The notes under the pieces are model-generated. The model saw nothing but the letters and a program-made list of their open reading frames with translations, was not told the origin of the DNA and ran no database searches. The translations under genes and the position numbers were made by a program. This document shows, one piece after another, positions 47,091-57,691 of a stretch of 64,000 nucleotides of DNA. Source of the DNA: an uncultured Candidatus Rokubacteria bacterium (GTDB lineage: Bacteria > Methylomirabilota > Methylomirabilia > Rokubacteriales > DASRDR01); NCBI GenBank assembly GCA_963826115.1, contig CAWGVS010000005.1, positions 1,568,001-1,632,000 of the forward strand, read 5' to 3'. How positions within the stretch are numbered: the first letter of the stretch is position 1; each line of letters starts with the position of its first letter.

Positions 47091-48629
47091 TCAGACCACC
47101 AGCGCCTCGACCCGCTCCGGGGCCGGGCGGGGGTTCCCGCTCCGCCGCCAGTCGGCGACGGCCTCGGCCAGGCGCTTCACGCCGTCGTCGATCCGGCGGA
47201 CCGCCACGGAGGAGAAGGACAGCCGGGCCGTGCGGTCGCCGCTCCCGTCCACGAAGAACCGCGCCCCCGGCGTGAAGCCGACGCCGCGGCGGAGCGCCCG
47301 CGGCAGGAGCGCCCCCGCGTCGCAACCCGCGGGCAGCGTGAGGAGGAGCGAGAAGCCGCCGCGCGGCTCCGTCCAGCTCACCCCCTCCGGCATGTGCCGG
47401 CCCAGCGCCTCGAGGAGGGCGGTCCGTCGCCGGTCGTACTCTCGCCCGATGCGGGCGACGTGCCGGTCGAGGAGGCGCCGCTCGCAGAAGCGGTACACGG
47501 CGGCCTGGATCAGGGGGCTCGTCCCGAGGTCCGCGAGCTGCTTCGCGGCCCGAAGCCGCTCCACGACGGGAGGCGGCGCCACCAGCCACCCGAGCCGGAG
47601 CCCGGGGAAGAGCACCTTCGAGAACGTCCCGATGTAGAGGACGAGGCCGTCCCGGTCCAGCGCGCGGAGCGGCAGGGGCCGGCGCTCGCCGTAGTAGAGG
47701 CTGCCGTCGAAGCCATCCTCGACGATCGGCACGTGGTGCCGGGCCGCGACGTCGAGCACCCGCCGCGCGGCCTCGGGCGTCATCGTGACGCCGGTCGGGT
47801 TGTGCGCCGTGGGCTGGCAGTAGAAGAGCTTCGGACGGTGGCGCACCAGCACCTGCTCGAGGACGTCCGGGGACGGGCCCTCGGGCCCCCAGGGCACGGG
47901 CACGAGCTGGGCCCCCGCGGCCCGGAACACGTCGATCGCGCGCGGGTAGGTCGGCTGCTCCATCGCGACCACGTCGCCCGGATCGACGAACGTGCGCGCG
48001 ATCAGGTCGAAGCCCTGCTGGGAGCCGTTGACGACGAGGATGTCGTCGATCCGCGCCTCGACGCCGAACCGCAGGAGGTAGGTGGCGAGGTACTGGCGGA
48101 GCGGCAGGTAGCCGTCGCCACCCGGCGGGTACTGGAGGAGCGCCGAGCCCTCGGCGCGGACGACCTGGTTCAGCACTCGGCGGAACGCGTCGGTCGGGAA
48201 CAGCCCGCTGTCGGGCATGCCCTCCGCGAAGGAAATCAGCGGCCGGGCGCCCCCGGGGATCGCGACCCGCCGCTCCGCCCGCGAGCCGGCGATGTGGGCG
48301 CTCCGCGAGAACAGGCGCGACCAGTCGAGCGCGATGCGCGCCGGGGCCGGCGGGGCCGGGCGGTCCTCGCTCGCCGGTGGCGCAGCGACGAAGGTGCCCT
48401 GCCCGACGTGGGCCCGTGCGAGGCCCCCGGCCACCAGCTCCTCGTAGGCGAGCGCCACGGTTGTCCGGTTGACGCCAAGCGTCCCGGCCAGCTCCCGCGT
48501 CGCCGGCAGCTTCACGCCGGGCGCGAGCCACCCCTCGCGGATCAGGCGCTCGATCTGCGCCTGGATCTGGCGGGCGAGTGGGACCGTCCCTTCCCGGTCG
48601 AGCTGAAGGCTGAGGGCCATACCAGCCAT
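47091..48629 (-). CDS. pdxR: MocR/GabR-family (GntR + PLP aminotransferase) regulator
   Basis: [22 protein letters not shown] wHTH; GSQQG, HNPTG, GTFSK...PGLRLG; directly upstream of pdxST. Confidence 0.85.
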   Translation of the reverse strand: MAGMALSLQLDREGTVPLARQIQAQIERLIREGWLAPGVKLPATRELAGTLGVNRTTVALAYEELVAGGLARAHVGQGTFVAAPPASEDRPAPPAPARIALDWSRLFSRSAHIAGSRAERRVAIPGGARPLISFAEGMPDSGLFPTDAFRRVLNQVVRAEGSALLQYPPGGDGYLPLRQYLATYLLRFGVEARIDDILVVNGSQQGFDLIARTFVDPGDVVAMEQPTYPRAIDVFRAAGAQLVPVPWGPEGPSPDVLEQVLVRHRPKLFYCQPTAHNPTGVTMTPEAARRVLDVAARHHVPIVEDGFDGSLYYGERRPLPLRALDRDGLVLYIGTFSKVLFPGLRLGWLVAPPPVVERLRAAKQLADLGTSPLIQAAVYRFCERRLLDRHVARIGREYDRRRTALLEALGRHMPEGVSWTEPRGGFSLLLTLPAGCDAGALLPRALRRGVGFTPGARFFVDGSGDRTARLSFSSVAVRRIDDGVKRLAEAVADWRRSGNPRPAPERVEALVV

Positions 48630-48742
48630 TTTCTTCGTGATTCAGCCATCGTCAACCGCCAATCGCCCAACCGCGGCCCCTACCAATGAGCCATTGCTCC
48701 CTACATCCAGTCCAATATGTATCGTTTTTCCTGACACATTGG
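48619..48742. promoter_or_regulatory. Putative MocR-type operator repeats upstream of pdxR
   Basis: CCAAT at 48659, 48683 and 48712, inverted ATTGG at 48738, and ATACCA at 48619, in an AT-richer patch. Confidence 0.45.
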
Positions 48743-48939
48743 GTGCGCAGCCGGCACTCGTCAGGATGCCGCCGCGCTCGGGGGCGACCCGGTCCGCCCG
48801 GAGTCCGCAGCCGATCTTGCCGCACAGCGAGGTCAGGCCCGCGGCGCTGAGCACCCTCGCCGCGACCAGGCGTACGCGCCCGCCCCACTCGACAGGCCGC
48901 GAACAGACTCGACCCCGCGACCCTGGAGACCCGACGGGC

Positions 48940-50571
48940 ATGGCCACGAAACCGCCTGCCGGGTTATCGTCCCTCCGTGCCGGGCCTGCTCGAGACGAGA
49001 CGCGCGTGATCGGGGGCGCATCGCTCGCCCGCCTCTGGATCCAGTCCCGCCGGGCGGCGCTGCTCCTGCTCGCGCCGGGCCGCGTCTGGCGGGCCCTCCG
49101 GAATCCGGAGTTCCGCCGCGCGTATCCCGCGTACACCCGGTCCCTGTCCGTGGCCCTCCTCGTCACGGCCGGCGGGGTCGCCGCGGCGGCCGCGCTGTCG
49201 CCCGGGGCCGCCGCCTTGCTCGTCGTGGGACTCGTGGTGAGCGCCGTCCTGCTGCGCTACCGTGCACGCGCGGCGTATGGGGTCCGCCGGGGCCTCCCGC
49301 CCGGCTCGCTCGATTTCCTCGCGACCGGACCGTTCATCGACCCGCACTTCTACGCCGCGGCCGCGCGGGCCCACGGCCCGCTCTTCAAGTGCAGCGCGCT
49401 CGCGCGCTCGCAGGTCTGCGTCGCGAGCTTGGGCACGGGGTCGGAGATCCTCCGGGTGTTCGCCGCCCATCTCCGCCCGCTGTCGCTGCCGTTCCATCGT
49501 TTCGTGCCAGGCGGCTTCCTCCGCCGGATGGAAGAGCCCGCCCACGAGACATACCGCCGGCTGTTCTCGTCCGTCCTGCCGCGCGCACTCGTCGAGCACT
49601 GGCGGCCCGTCCTCCAGGCCGCGGCCGCGCGCGGGCTCCGGCACCTTGCGGAGGCGTCGGTGGCCGCGGGTCCCCACGGGATCACGCCGGCGCCGCACGT
49701 CGAGCGGCTCGTGCGCGAGGCCTGGTTCCGCGTCTTCCTGGGCGTCGAGGCGGCGTCCGAGGCCGGGGTCCGCCTGGGCGAGCTCTTCGACGTGATCGAC
49801 ATCCGGAATCTCCGACGCCCCTCCCCGGCCGAGATTCGCGCCGCGCTCGGGGACATCGAGGCCTGGATGGGGCGCGCCGGGCCCGGGGCCGCCGGCTCCG
49901 GCGACTCCCCCGAGGCGCGCCGCTCGTGCGTCCTCGGCGAGGTCCTCGACCGGAAGCCCGACGCGCTGCGCGACGCGACGACCGTCCGCAACCTGATCTA
50001 CATGGTGAGCACGTCGGCCGGTGACGTCAGTGGGTTGCTCGGGTGGGTGCTCAAGCTCCTCAGCGACCACCCCGGCTGGGCCGATCGGCTCCGGCGCGAC
50101 GCCGCCGACCCGGGGGACCGCCAGGTCATCCAGGGTCCCTCCCTCGCCGCCCGCATCGTGTCCGAGACGCTCCGGCTCCAGCAGAGCGAGTTCGTGATGC
50201 GCGAGATCGTCCGCCCGTTCGGCCACCAGGGGCTCCGGTTCCCGAGGGGATGGCTCCTCCGCGTCTGCGTGCAGGAGAGCCACCGGAACCCGGACGTGTA
50301 CGACCGTCCGGAGGAGTTCGATCCCGACCGGTTCCTCGGGCCGCCGCCCGCGCGGGACCGGTACGCACCCTTCGGCCTCGACCGGCACGCATGCGTCGGC
50401 GAGTACTTGGCCCGGGCCATGGCCGAGGCGTTTGCCGACACGCTGGCCACCTTCGACTGGGAGGTCACCTCCGACGGTCAGGTCGAGATGAACGACTGGC
50501 GCCACTGGGCCCCCAGCCCGCGCTTCCGCATCCGCCTGACCGCCCGGGCTCGCTCCTCACTCCCGGTCTGA
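48940..50571 (+). CDS. Cytochrome P450 with N-terminal membrane segments
   Basis: ETLR (ExxR), FDPDRF, PFGLDRHACVG heme Cys; two hydrophobic helices then LPPGS; start uncertain. Confidence 0.88.
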   Translation: MATKPPAGLSSLRAGPARDETRVIGGASLARLWIQSRRAALLLLAPGRVWRALRNPEFRRAYPAYTRSLSVALLVTAGGVAAAAALSPGAAALLVVGLVVSAVLLRYRARAAYGVRRGLPPGSLDFLATGPFIDPHFYAAAARAHGPLFKCSALARSQVCVASLGTGSEILRVFAAHLRPLSLPFHRFVPGGFLRRMEEPAHETYRRLFSSVLPRALVEHWRPVLQAAAARGLRHLAEASVAAGPHGITPAPHVERLVREAWFRVFLGVEAASEAGVRLGELFDVIDIRNLRRPSPAEIRAALGDIEAWMGRAGPGAAGSGDSPEARRSCVLGEVLDRKPDALRDATTVRNLIYMVSTSAGDVSGLLGWVLKLLSDHPGWADRLRRDAADPGDRQVIQGPSLAARIVSETLRLQQSEFVMREIVRPFGHQGLRFPRGWLLRVCVQESHRNPDVYDRPEEFDPDRFLGPPPARDRYAPFGLDRHACVGEYLARAMAEAFADTLATFDWEVTSDGQVEMNDWRHWAPSPRFRIRLTARARSSLPV

Positions 50572-51914
50572 GACCGCGCGCGGCGCCAGCCCGTTGAAGT
50601 AGAGGTTCAGGAGGACCGCGGCGACCGAGGCGAGCAGGATGCCCGAGTGGAGCAGCGGCGACAGCACCCGTGGCATCGCGTGGAAGAACCGCTCCGCGAC
50701 GAGCGGGATCATGCCGACGCCCAGGCTGACCGCGATCACATACGCGCTGGCTGGCTGTCGCGCGTAGTCGACGGCGGCCAGGATCCGGATGCCGGTCGCC
50801 GCCACCATGCCGAACATGACGATGCCCGCTCCACCCAGCACGAAGGACGGCACGCTCGCGACCACGTGGGACAGCTTCGGCAGGAGGCCGAGAAGCACCA
50901 GCATCGCCCCGCCCGCCGCGCACACCCAGCGGCTCCGGACTCCCGTGATCCCCACCAGCCCGACGTTCTGGGAGAACGACGTGTACGGGAAGGTGTTGAA
51001 GACGCCCCCGATCAGCGTGCCGAGCCCGTCGGCGCGGAGTCCTCGCGTCAGGTCCGAGGCCGAGACCGCCCGCCCGGTCAGCTCACCGAGCGTCAGGAAC
51101 ATGCCCGTGGACTCGATCATCACCACGAGCATCACGAGGCACATCGTCGAGACGGCGACAAGGTCGAAAAACGGCAGGCCGAACTGGAGCGGGTAGACGA
51201 GGTCGACCCATGGGGCCTCCGCGAGCCCGCCCAGGCGCGCCTGTCCGGTCGCGAGCGACACGAGGAAGCCGAGGCCGATGCCCAGCAGTACCGCGATGCT
51301 GGCGACGAACCCCCGCCCCAACTTCACCACGGCGAGGATCGACACCAGGACCAGCAACGCCACGCCGACGCGGCGCGGGTCCCCGTAACCCGGCATCGCG
51401 GGCGACGGCGCGCCGGCCGCCCAGTTGACCCCGACGCGCATCAGCGAAAGACCGATCACGGCGATGATCGTGCCGGTCACCACCGGCGGGAAGAGCCGCC
51501 GCAGCCCGCCGATCACGGGCGCGGCGAGGATCCCGAAGAGACCGGCGACGATCACGCCGCCGTAGACCGCGGGGAGGCCGAGCTCCGGCCGGGTCGCGAT
51601 CGCGAGCATGGGGCCCACCGACGCGAACGTGACGCCCATCATGACCGGCAGCCGGATGCCGAAGCCGCCGAGGCCGACGGTCTGGACGAGCGTGACGAGC
51701 CCCGCCACGAAGAGGTCCGAGCTGACCAGGAGAGCGACCTGGTCTCGCGGAAGCCCGAGCGCGCCGCCCAGGATCAGCGGCACGGCCACCGCCCCCGCGT
51801 ACATCACGAGGACGTGCTGGAGCCCGAGCGTCAGCAGCCGGAGCGGCGGGAGCCACTCGTCGACGGGACCCGGATCCGGACGGCTCGTCGCGTCTACCCC
51901 GTGGGCCCGATCAT
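50557..51914 (-). CDS. NCS2 nucleobase (xanthine/uric acid) permease; 5' end apparently frameshifted
   Basis: LGLQHVLVMYAG, ESTG, SFSQNVGLVGITG signature; the conserved N-terminus PVDEWLP lacks an in-frame start, while ATG 51914 fits if one G is added to the GGGG run near 51897-51900. Confidence 0.85.
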
Positions 51915-51939
51915 GAGGACCATCTGCGCCACCGGTCGC

Positions 51940-52926
51940 TCACTTGATGACGTCGTCCGCCCGCGCCAGCACCGCTGGCGGGATCGTGAGACCGAGAGCC
52001 CTGGCGGTCTTGAGGTTCACCACCAGCTCGAACTGCGTCGGCTGCTCGATCGGCAGGTCGCCGGGCCTGGCGCCCTTGAGAATCTTGTCCACGAACACCG
52101 CCGCGCGCCGCCAGTTCGCGGTGAGGCTCGAGGCATACGAGAGCAAGCCCCCCGCATCCACGAACACGCGGTTGGGGAACACACCGGGCAGGCGGTGCTT
52201 CGCCGCGAAATCGACGATGCGCTGCACGTTGGCCTGGAACATGCCACCCGGGAGCGTCATGAAGGCGCCGGGGCGAAGGTCGGCCACGGCCCTGAATGCC
52301 GCGTCGAGCTCGGTCGAGGAGCGGGCTTCAATCGCGCGCAGCTTCAGCCCGAGCGATCGAGCCGCAGCCTCGGTCTCCCGAAGAGAATCCGCCGCCGGCG
52401 GGTCGCTCGGATTCCAGATGACGGCAACCAGAGTCGTGCCGGGCGCGACCTCTCTGAGGAGCTGCAGCCGCTTGCTGCTCAGCTCGGTTTGCATCAGGGT
52501 CAATCCCGTGACGTTGCCACCCGGGCTCGCGAGGTTGCCCACGACCCCCGCCTTCACCGGGTCACCGGCGATGGCCATCACGATGGGAATGGTCTGGGTC
52601 GCCTTCTTGGCGGCCAGTGCCGCCACGTTGCTCTGTGTGACGATGACGTCGACCTTGAGGCGAACGAGCTCGCTTGCCATGGCGGGCAGTCGCTCGGCCC
52701 TTCCCCCGGCGTCCCGGTGCTCGAGGGCGATATTCTGGCCTTCCGTGTAGCCCAGCTCACGGAGCCCCTGCCGGAAGGCTTCACCTTCCGGCCCTGCCCA
52801 GGTTGTCGTGGAGAGCGTGAGCACTCCGATCCGGGCGAGCTTCGTCGCCGGCTGCGCCGGGGCCGTCGTTGGTGCCGCAAGGAAGGCGCAGGCGAGGATC
52901 ACCGCGGAGACGGCTCTCGGAACCAT
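51940..52926 (-). CDS. Orphan ABC transporter substrate-binding protein (ABC_sub_bind type)
   Basis: FRQGLRELGYTEGQN, PGGNVTG, KRLQLLRE, DKILKGARPGDLPIEQPTQFELVVNLKTA. Confidence 0.88.
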   Translation of the reverse strand: MVPRAVSAVILACAFLAAPTTAPAQPATKLARIGVLTLSTTTWAGPEGEAFRQGLRELGYTEGQNIALEHRDAGGRAERLPAMASELVRLKVDVIVTQSNVAALAAKKATQTIPIVMAIAGDPVKAGVVGNLASPGGNVTGLTLMQTELSSKRLQLLREVAPGTTLVAVIWNPSDPPAADSLRETEAAARSLGLKLRAIEARSSTELDAAFRAVADLRPGAFMTLPGGMFQANVQRIVDFAAKHRLPGVFPNRVFVDAGGLLSYASSLTANWRRAAVFVDKILKGARPGDLPIEQPTQFELVVNLKTARALGLTIPPAVLARADDVIK

Positions 52927-52940
52927 CACGCCGACCAACC

Positions 52941-53765
52941 CTACCCTTTCAGCCCGCTCATGACGACCGCCTGCACCACCCAGCGCTGGCAGATCACGAA
53001 GACGGCCAGGATGGGCAGGATGCTGAGGACCGCCGCGGCGGTGACGAGGTTGTACTCGATGAAGTAGATGTTGGTGAAGCTCACCAGCCCCATCGTCACG
53101 ACCTTCATCGTCGGCGAGTTGACGACCACCAGGGGCCAGAACAGCTCGTTCCAGGTCCACATGAACTTGATGATGAGGAGCGTGGCGAGGGCCGGCCGGA
53201 CCGCGGGCAGGATCACCCGCCAGAAGATCCCGAGCTCGCTGGACCCGTCGATCCGGGCGGCGTCGATGTAGTCGCTCGGCACCACCTGGATCGACTGGCG
53301 CATGAGGAAGACGCCGAAGACGCTCACGAGGTCGGGCGCGAGGATCCCGAGGTACGTGTCGATGAGGCCCAGCCGGCTCACCCACAGGTACAGCGGCACC
53401 ACCACCGACTGGAACGGGACCATCAGGATCCCGATGATCGCGAAGAAGATGAGGTCGCGGCCGGGGAACCGGAACTTGGCGAACCCGTACCCCGCCAGGG
53501 ACGAGACGATCAGGCTCGACACGGCCGACACCGAGGCGATCAGGGCGCTGTTGAGCAGGAAGCGGCCGAACGGCTGGCGGGCGAAGACCTCGCGGTAGTT
53601 GTCGAGGTGGGTCCAGCGGTCGGGCATGACCTGGAGCGGCACGCGCTGGATCTCGGGGACGGTCTTGAGCGACGTCACCGCCATCCAGAAGAACGGGAAG
53701 AAGACCGCGAGGGCGCCCGCCGCGACCAGGGCCGCGATCAGCCAGTGTCCGCGCCCCCGCCTCAA
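52941..53765 (-). CDS. Carbohydrate ABC permease (MalG-like)
   Basis: AGYGFAKFRFPGR, EAA-like DAARIDG, WNELFWP; TTG start overlapping the upstream stop. Confidence 0.9.
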   Translation of the reverse strand: MRRGRGHWLIAALVAAGALAVFFPFFWMAVTSLKTVPEIQRVPLQVMPDRWTHLDNYREVFARQPFGRFLLNSALIASVSAVSSLIVSSLAGYGFAKFRFPGRDLIFFAIIGILMVPFQSVVVPLYLWVSRLGLIDTYLGILAPDLVSVFGVFLMRQSIQVVPSDYIDAARIDGSSELGIFWRVILPAVRPALATLLIIKFMWTWNELFWPLVVVNSPTMKVVTMGLVSFTNIYFIEYNLVTAAAVLSILPILAVFVICQRWVVQAVVMSGLKG

Positions 53766-54670
53766 TGCTCGACCTCGCGCCGGAAGAGGCGCCACTGCGC
53801 GAGCGTCACCAGGAGCAGGCAGAAGAACACGAACACGGCCATGACCGAGGCGTCGCCCAGGCGGAAGTACTTGAACGCGGTGTCGTAGAGCAGCATGATC
53901 ACGGTCTGGCTCGCTCCCGCCGGCCCGCCCTGCGTCGTCGCGTAGACCTGGTCGAACACCTTGAAGTTGAAGATCAGCTCCAGGATCGAGACCATGACCA
54001 GCTGCGGGTTGAGGAGGGGGAGCGTCACCGACCAGAAGCTCCGCCAGGCGCCCGCGCCATCGATCGCCGCCGCCTCGTAGTACTCGCCGGGGATCGCCTG
54101 GAGCGCGGCCAGGAAGATCATGGTGTCGAAGCCGAGGCGCACCCAGACGTTGATGAGCGCGAGCGACGGCAGCACCTGCTCGAGACTCGACAGCCACTTC
54201 TGCGGCCCGATCCCGATCCGCCCGAGGAGGTGATTGAGGAACCCGTACACGGGCTCGTAGAGCCACTGCCAGACCAGGGCCGCCGCCACCAGGGAGACGG
54301 CGAACGGCAGGAAGTAGAGGAGCGCCCACACGCTCCGCCACCGGACCCGGGCGAAGCGGTTGAGGCCCAGCGCCACCAGGAGCGCCAGGACGACCGTGGC
54401 GGGCCCCGACAGGAGGAGGAGCTTCGTCGTGTTGCGGACGGCCTGCCAGAAGGTCGGGTCGGTGAGGACGCGCTCGTAGAGGCGGAGGCCGACGAACTGG
54501 CTCACGCCACCCGGGCGCGTCCGGTAAAACGAGCCGAGGACCGACTCGCCCAGGGGGACGAGGAAGACGGCGGTGAAGTACACGAGCGCGGGCAGGACGA
54601 AGAGGAGCCCCGCCCGCCGCTGGCGGTCCATGTAGGTCCGGGGCAGGACGAGCCGGACGACGCGGCTCAC
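53762..54670 (-). CDS. Carbohydrate ABC permease (MalF-like)
   Basis: ALQAIPGEYYEAAAIDGA, TLPLL, TQGGP. Confidence 0.9.
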   Translation of the reverse strand: MSRVVRLVLPRTYMDRQRRAGLLFVLPALVYFTAVFLVPLGESVLGSFYRTRPGGVSQFVGLRLYERVLTDPTFWQAVRNTTKLLLLSGPATVVLALLVALGLNRFARVRWRSVWALLYFLPFAVSLVAAALVWQWLYEPVYGFLNHLLGRIGIGPQKWLSSLEQVLPSLALINVWVRLGFDTMIFLAALQAIPGEYYEAAAIDGAGAWRSFWSVTLPLLNPQLVMVSILELIFNFKVFDQVYATTQGGPAGASQTVIMLLYDTAFKYFRLGDASVMAVFVFFCLLLVTLAQWRLFRREVEH

Positions 54671-54744
54671 GATCCGACTCGTCCTTTCCCGGAGCCTCTG
54701 ATGCCTAACCCTGTGTAATTCCGATCAATCCTGTGTGGCCGAGA

Positions 54745-56001
54745 CTAGTCTTGTAGGATGCGGTCCATCTTCGCCGCGGCCTCGTCGAGGAGCGGCCTGG
54801 GCTGCCCCTTGCCGTACATCACCCCGACCACGGCCTCGCCGAAGGCGGTGGCCAGCTCGTTCGACTTCGGGTGGAAGTAGGTCGGCGGGACCGGCTGCGC
54901 CAGCATGTCCTTGGTCGACTGGTAGTCCGGCCGGCCCTTCGCGTACGCCGAGTCCAGGTTCGCGTTGAACACCGGCATGAAGCCGCCGAACTGGTGCTGG
55001 TCGAGGTCGTCCTTCGCGTTCGAGATGAAGCGGATGAACTCCCAGGCCACCTGCTTGTTGGGGCTGTTCTTGTAGACCAGGTTGGTCCACGGGAAGAGGG
55101 CGCCGGCGCCGGGACACGTCTTCGCGCACGGCAGCGCCGCGACCTTGAACTTCACGTCGGGCGCGTTCTTGTGGACCCACCCGAAGAACCAGGACTCCCG
55201 GAAGATCACCGCGGCCCGCTTCTGGCCGAAGGCGTCCTCGGGGTTCCCCAGCGCCAGGCTGGCCACCTTGTCCTTGAGGACCAGGTCGCCGAAGAACTGG
55301 AGCGCGGCCACCATCTCCGGGCTGTTGGCGAAGCCCGTCGCCTTCTCGAGGTCGGGCGAGAGCATCCGCGCCCCGTATGCGTGGGCGAAGGGCAGGAACT
55401 TGTCGGTGATGCCGACCGGGTGGCCCTTGTGGCGGATGGCGAACCCGACCTGCGTGTCGCTGGAGCTCATCTTCTTCATGGCGGCCAGCCACTCGTCGAG
55501 GGTCTTGGGCGGCTTGTCGGGATCGAGGCCCGCCTTCTTGAAGAGGTCCACGTTCATGTACATCTGCTGGAAGTTCCCGTGCTCGAGCGGGGTGCCGTAG
55601 CGGACGTTCTTCCACTTGCCGATCGGCACCATGTACTTCGGGATCGACTCGTCCCAGATCTTCACCAGGTCCGCGGGCATCGGGTCGCAGAAGTCGTACT
55701 GGCCGCACCACTGGTGGGTCATCCCGTTGAAGAAGTCGGGGGCCCCGCTCTTGCCCATCAGGGCCGCCAGGTACTTCGCCTCGTAACCCTGGTACGGGAC
55801 CGTGACCACCTCGATCTCGTAGCCGGTCTTCTTCTGGAACTCCTTCCCCTTCTCCGTGTACCACTTGTTGAAGTCCGGCTGCTGGTCCCAGTGGGTCCAG
55901 TAGACGAGCTTCTTCGTCTGGGCCGGGGCGGGCGCCGTCGCCACCATCACCGCGCCGACCGCCACCGCAACCGCGAGGCCGAGCCACATGCCGCGTCGCA
56001 T
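54745..56001 (-). CDS. Carbohydrate ABC substrate-binding protein
   Basis: Signal peptide, NVDLFKKAGLDPDKPPKTLDE, AWEFIRF. Confidence 0.88.
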   Translation of the reverse strand: MRRGMWLGLAVAVAVGAVMVATAPAPAQTKKLVYWTHWDQQPDFNKWYTEKGKEFQKKTGYEIEVVTVPYQGYEAKYLAALMGKSGAPDFFNGMTHQWCGQYDFCDPMPADLVKIWDESIPKYMVPIGKWKNVRYGTPLEHGNFQQMYMNVDLFKKAGLDPDKPPKTLDEWLAAMKKMSSSDTQVGFAIRHKGHPVGITDKFLPFAHAYGARMLSPDLEKATGFANSPEMVAALQFFGDLVLKDKVASLALGNPEDAFGQKRAAVIFRESWFFGWVHKNAPDVKFKVAALPCAKTCPGAGALFPWTNLVYKNSPNKQVAWEFIRFISNAKDDLDQHQFGGFMPVFNANLDSAYAKGRPDYQSTKDMLAQPVPPTYFHPKSNELATAFGEAVVGVMYGKGQPRPLLDEAAAKMDRILQD

Positions 56002-56136
56002 GCTGCGCTCCTTTCGGATCCGAGGGTTCATCGAGCCGTAGACCGACCGGGGCGCCCTAGCATCGCACAGAGTCCCGCCCGCCGGGATCTCCCGATGCGA
56101 GCCGGGCCCGATCCGCGCCCTCGGAGGCGCCCGGCG

Positions 56137-57465
56137 TCACCCGGCGGCGGGCGCCTGGCCTCGCGTCGCCGCGAGATACACGGCCGCCGCCAGGCCGAGG
56201 CTCGGCAGTGACGCGCCGACGTCGGGGTGTCCGGACAGCCCGAAGGGCTCGAGCCGCCCGGCGATCCAGAGATAGGCGACGAGACCGAGCGCCCAGGCGA
56301 CCGCGCCCTGCCAGCGCACGCCGCGCGCCGGGCCGCCGGGGCCGGGCGGGGCGACGAGCCGGGCAGGCTCGTAGCGGCCGCGCCGCACGACGAAGTAGTC
56401 GGCCGCCAGCACCCCGAACATCGGCACGAAGACGGCGCCGATCAGGAGGAGGAAGTCCTCGTACCGGGTCACGTCGAACACGAGGGCCAGCGCGACGCAC
56501 GCCGCGCCCAGACCGCCGACCAGCGCGCGAACCGAGGCGCGCGGGAAGGCGTTCTGGATCGACACCGCGCAGGAGTAGAGGTCGGCCCACGCCTCGTCGG
56601 TCTCGTCGGCCAGCAGCACGAGCAGGACGAGCGGCCCGGCGAGGAGGGCAATCGCCTCGGCGAACGCCTTGGGCTCCGCGCTCGTCCGCAGGCCCAGCAC
56701 GATGAGCGCGCCGAGCGTGTAGAACCAGACGTTGGCCACCAGGTACCCGAGAGTCGTGCCCCAGAACGCCGGGGCCGGGCGCCGGGCGAACCGGCTGTAG
56801 TCGGAGACGAGCGGCAGCCACGAGATCGGCATCGCGATGACGATGTCGACCGCCGCCCAGAACGAAAGCCCGCCCGCGGCCGGGGCCGCCCACAGCGCGC
56901 CCAGGTCCACTCGCCCGAGGAGGCGCCACGTGAGCCAGCCGGTCGTCAGGATGACCGCCCCGAGGGCGAACTTCGTGAGCCACTCCCGCACGACCGCCAC
57001 CGGCCCCCACAGTCCGAGCGCCACGACCGCCACGCCGAACAGGACGATCCAGAGCCACGCGGCGTCGAGCCCGGTCAGGCCCCGCACCACCGCGTTCGCC
57101 GCGTGCCCCATGATGACCAGCTCGAACACGGTCCAGCCGAGCAGCTGGACCACGTTGAACGCCGTCGCGACGTACGATCCCCCGAGCCCGAGCGCGGGCC
57201 GGAGGCACACCATCGTGGGGAGCCCGGTCTGGCTGCCGACGATCCCCGCCAGGCCCAGGAGCGCCACCCCGATGACGCTGCCGACGAGGATCGCGGCGAG
57301 CGCCTGCGGGAGCGACAGCGCCGGGACCAGGAAGCTCCCGGCCAGGAGAACCAGGAGCCCGATCCCGAGATCACCCCAGAGGACCGCGAACCCCCAGGAC
57401 CCCAGCTGGCGGGCCTCGGGCGCGACCGGCTCGAGCCCGCGCGACGTCACCACGTCCCCGGCCAT
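56137..57465 (-). CDS. cytX: NCS1 purine-cytosine permease family; putative hydroxymethylpyrimidine/thiamine-precursor transporter
   Basis: About 12 TM, FNVVQLLGW, MPISWLPLVSDYSRF; downstream of a TPP riboswitch. Confidence 0.85.
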   Translation of the reverse strand: MAGDVVTSRGLEPVAPEARQLGSWGFAVLWGDLGIGLLVLLAGSFLVPALSLPQALAAILVGSVIGVALLGLAGIVGSQTGLPTMVCLRPALGLGGSYVATAFNVVQLLGWTVFELVIMGHAANAVVRGLTGLDAAWLWIVLFGVAVVALGLWGPVAVVREWLTKFALGAVILTTGWLTWRLLGRVDLGALWAAPAAGGLSFWAAVDIVIAMPISWLPLVSDYSRFARRPAPAFWGTTLGYLVANVWFYTLGALIVLGLRTSAEPKAFAEAIALLAGPLVLLVLLADETDEAWADLYSCAVSIQNAFPRASVRALVGGLGAACVALALVFDVTRYEDFLLLIGAVFVPMFGVLAADYFVVRRGRYEPARLVAPPGPGGPARGVRWQGAVAWALGLVAYLWIAGRLEPFGLSGHPDVGASLPSLGLAAAVYLAATRGQAPAAG

Positions 57466-57493
57466 GGCTGCTCCTCTCTCGCGACGCCGCGGG

Positions 57494-57527
57494 AAACGCA
57501 AAGGGCGCCGGGAATCCCCAGCGCCCT
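57494..57527 (-). terminator. Putative riboswitch expression-platform hairpin/terminator
   Basis: AGGGCGCUGGG/CCCGGCGCCCU stem followed by UUGCGUUU, between aptamer and RBS. Confidence 0.55.
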
Positions 57528-57540
57528 CGGTGTCTCCCTG

Positions 57541-57632
57541 GCGTCCCTACGCTGGCATTACCCAGATCAGGTTCCGGCGGTCGACGGCGTGATGGCCGCC
57601 CTCTCAGCTCGGCGCTCCCCGAGCTCCCGCGT
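57541..57632 (-). ncRNA. TPP riboswitch
   Basis: Minus strand GGGAG...GCUGAGAG...ACC...GAACCUGAUCUGGGUAAUGCCAGCGUAGGGA matches the THI-box consensus. Confidence 0.95.
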
Positions 57633-57691
57633 TCGCGACTCGCCGCCTAGCTCGTCACGTCGCTCCTCCGGTCATGGACGTGGCACCCACT

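Noticed and set aside
52941-56001. Sugar ABC operon missing its ATPase
   Set aside because: Common; such systems share an MsmK/MalK-type ATPase encoded elsewhere
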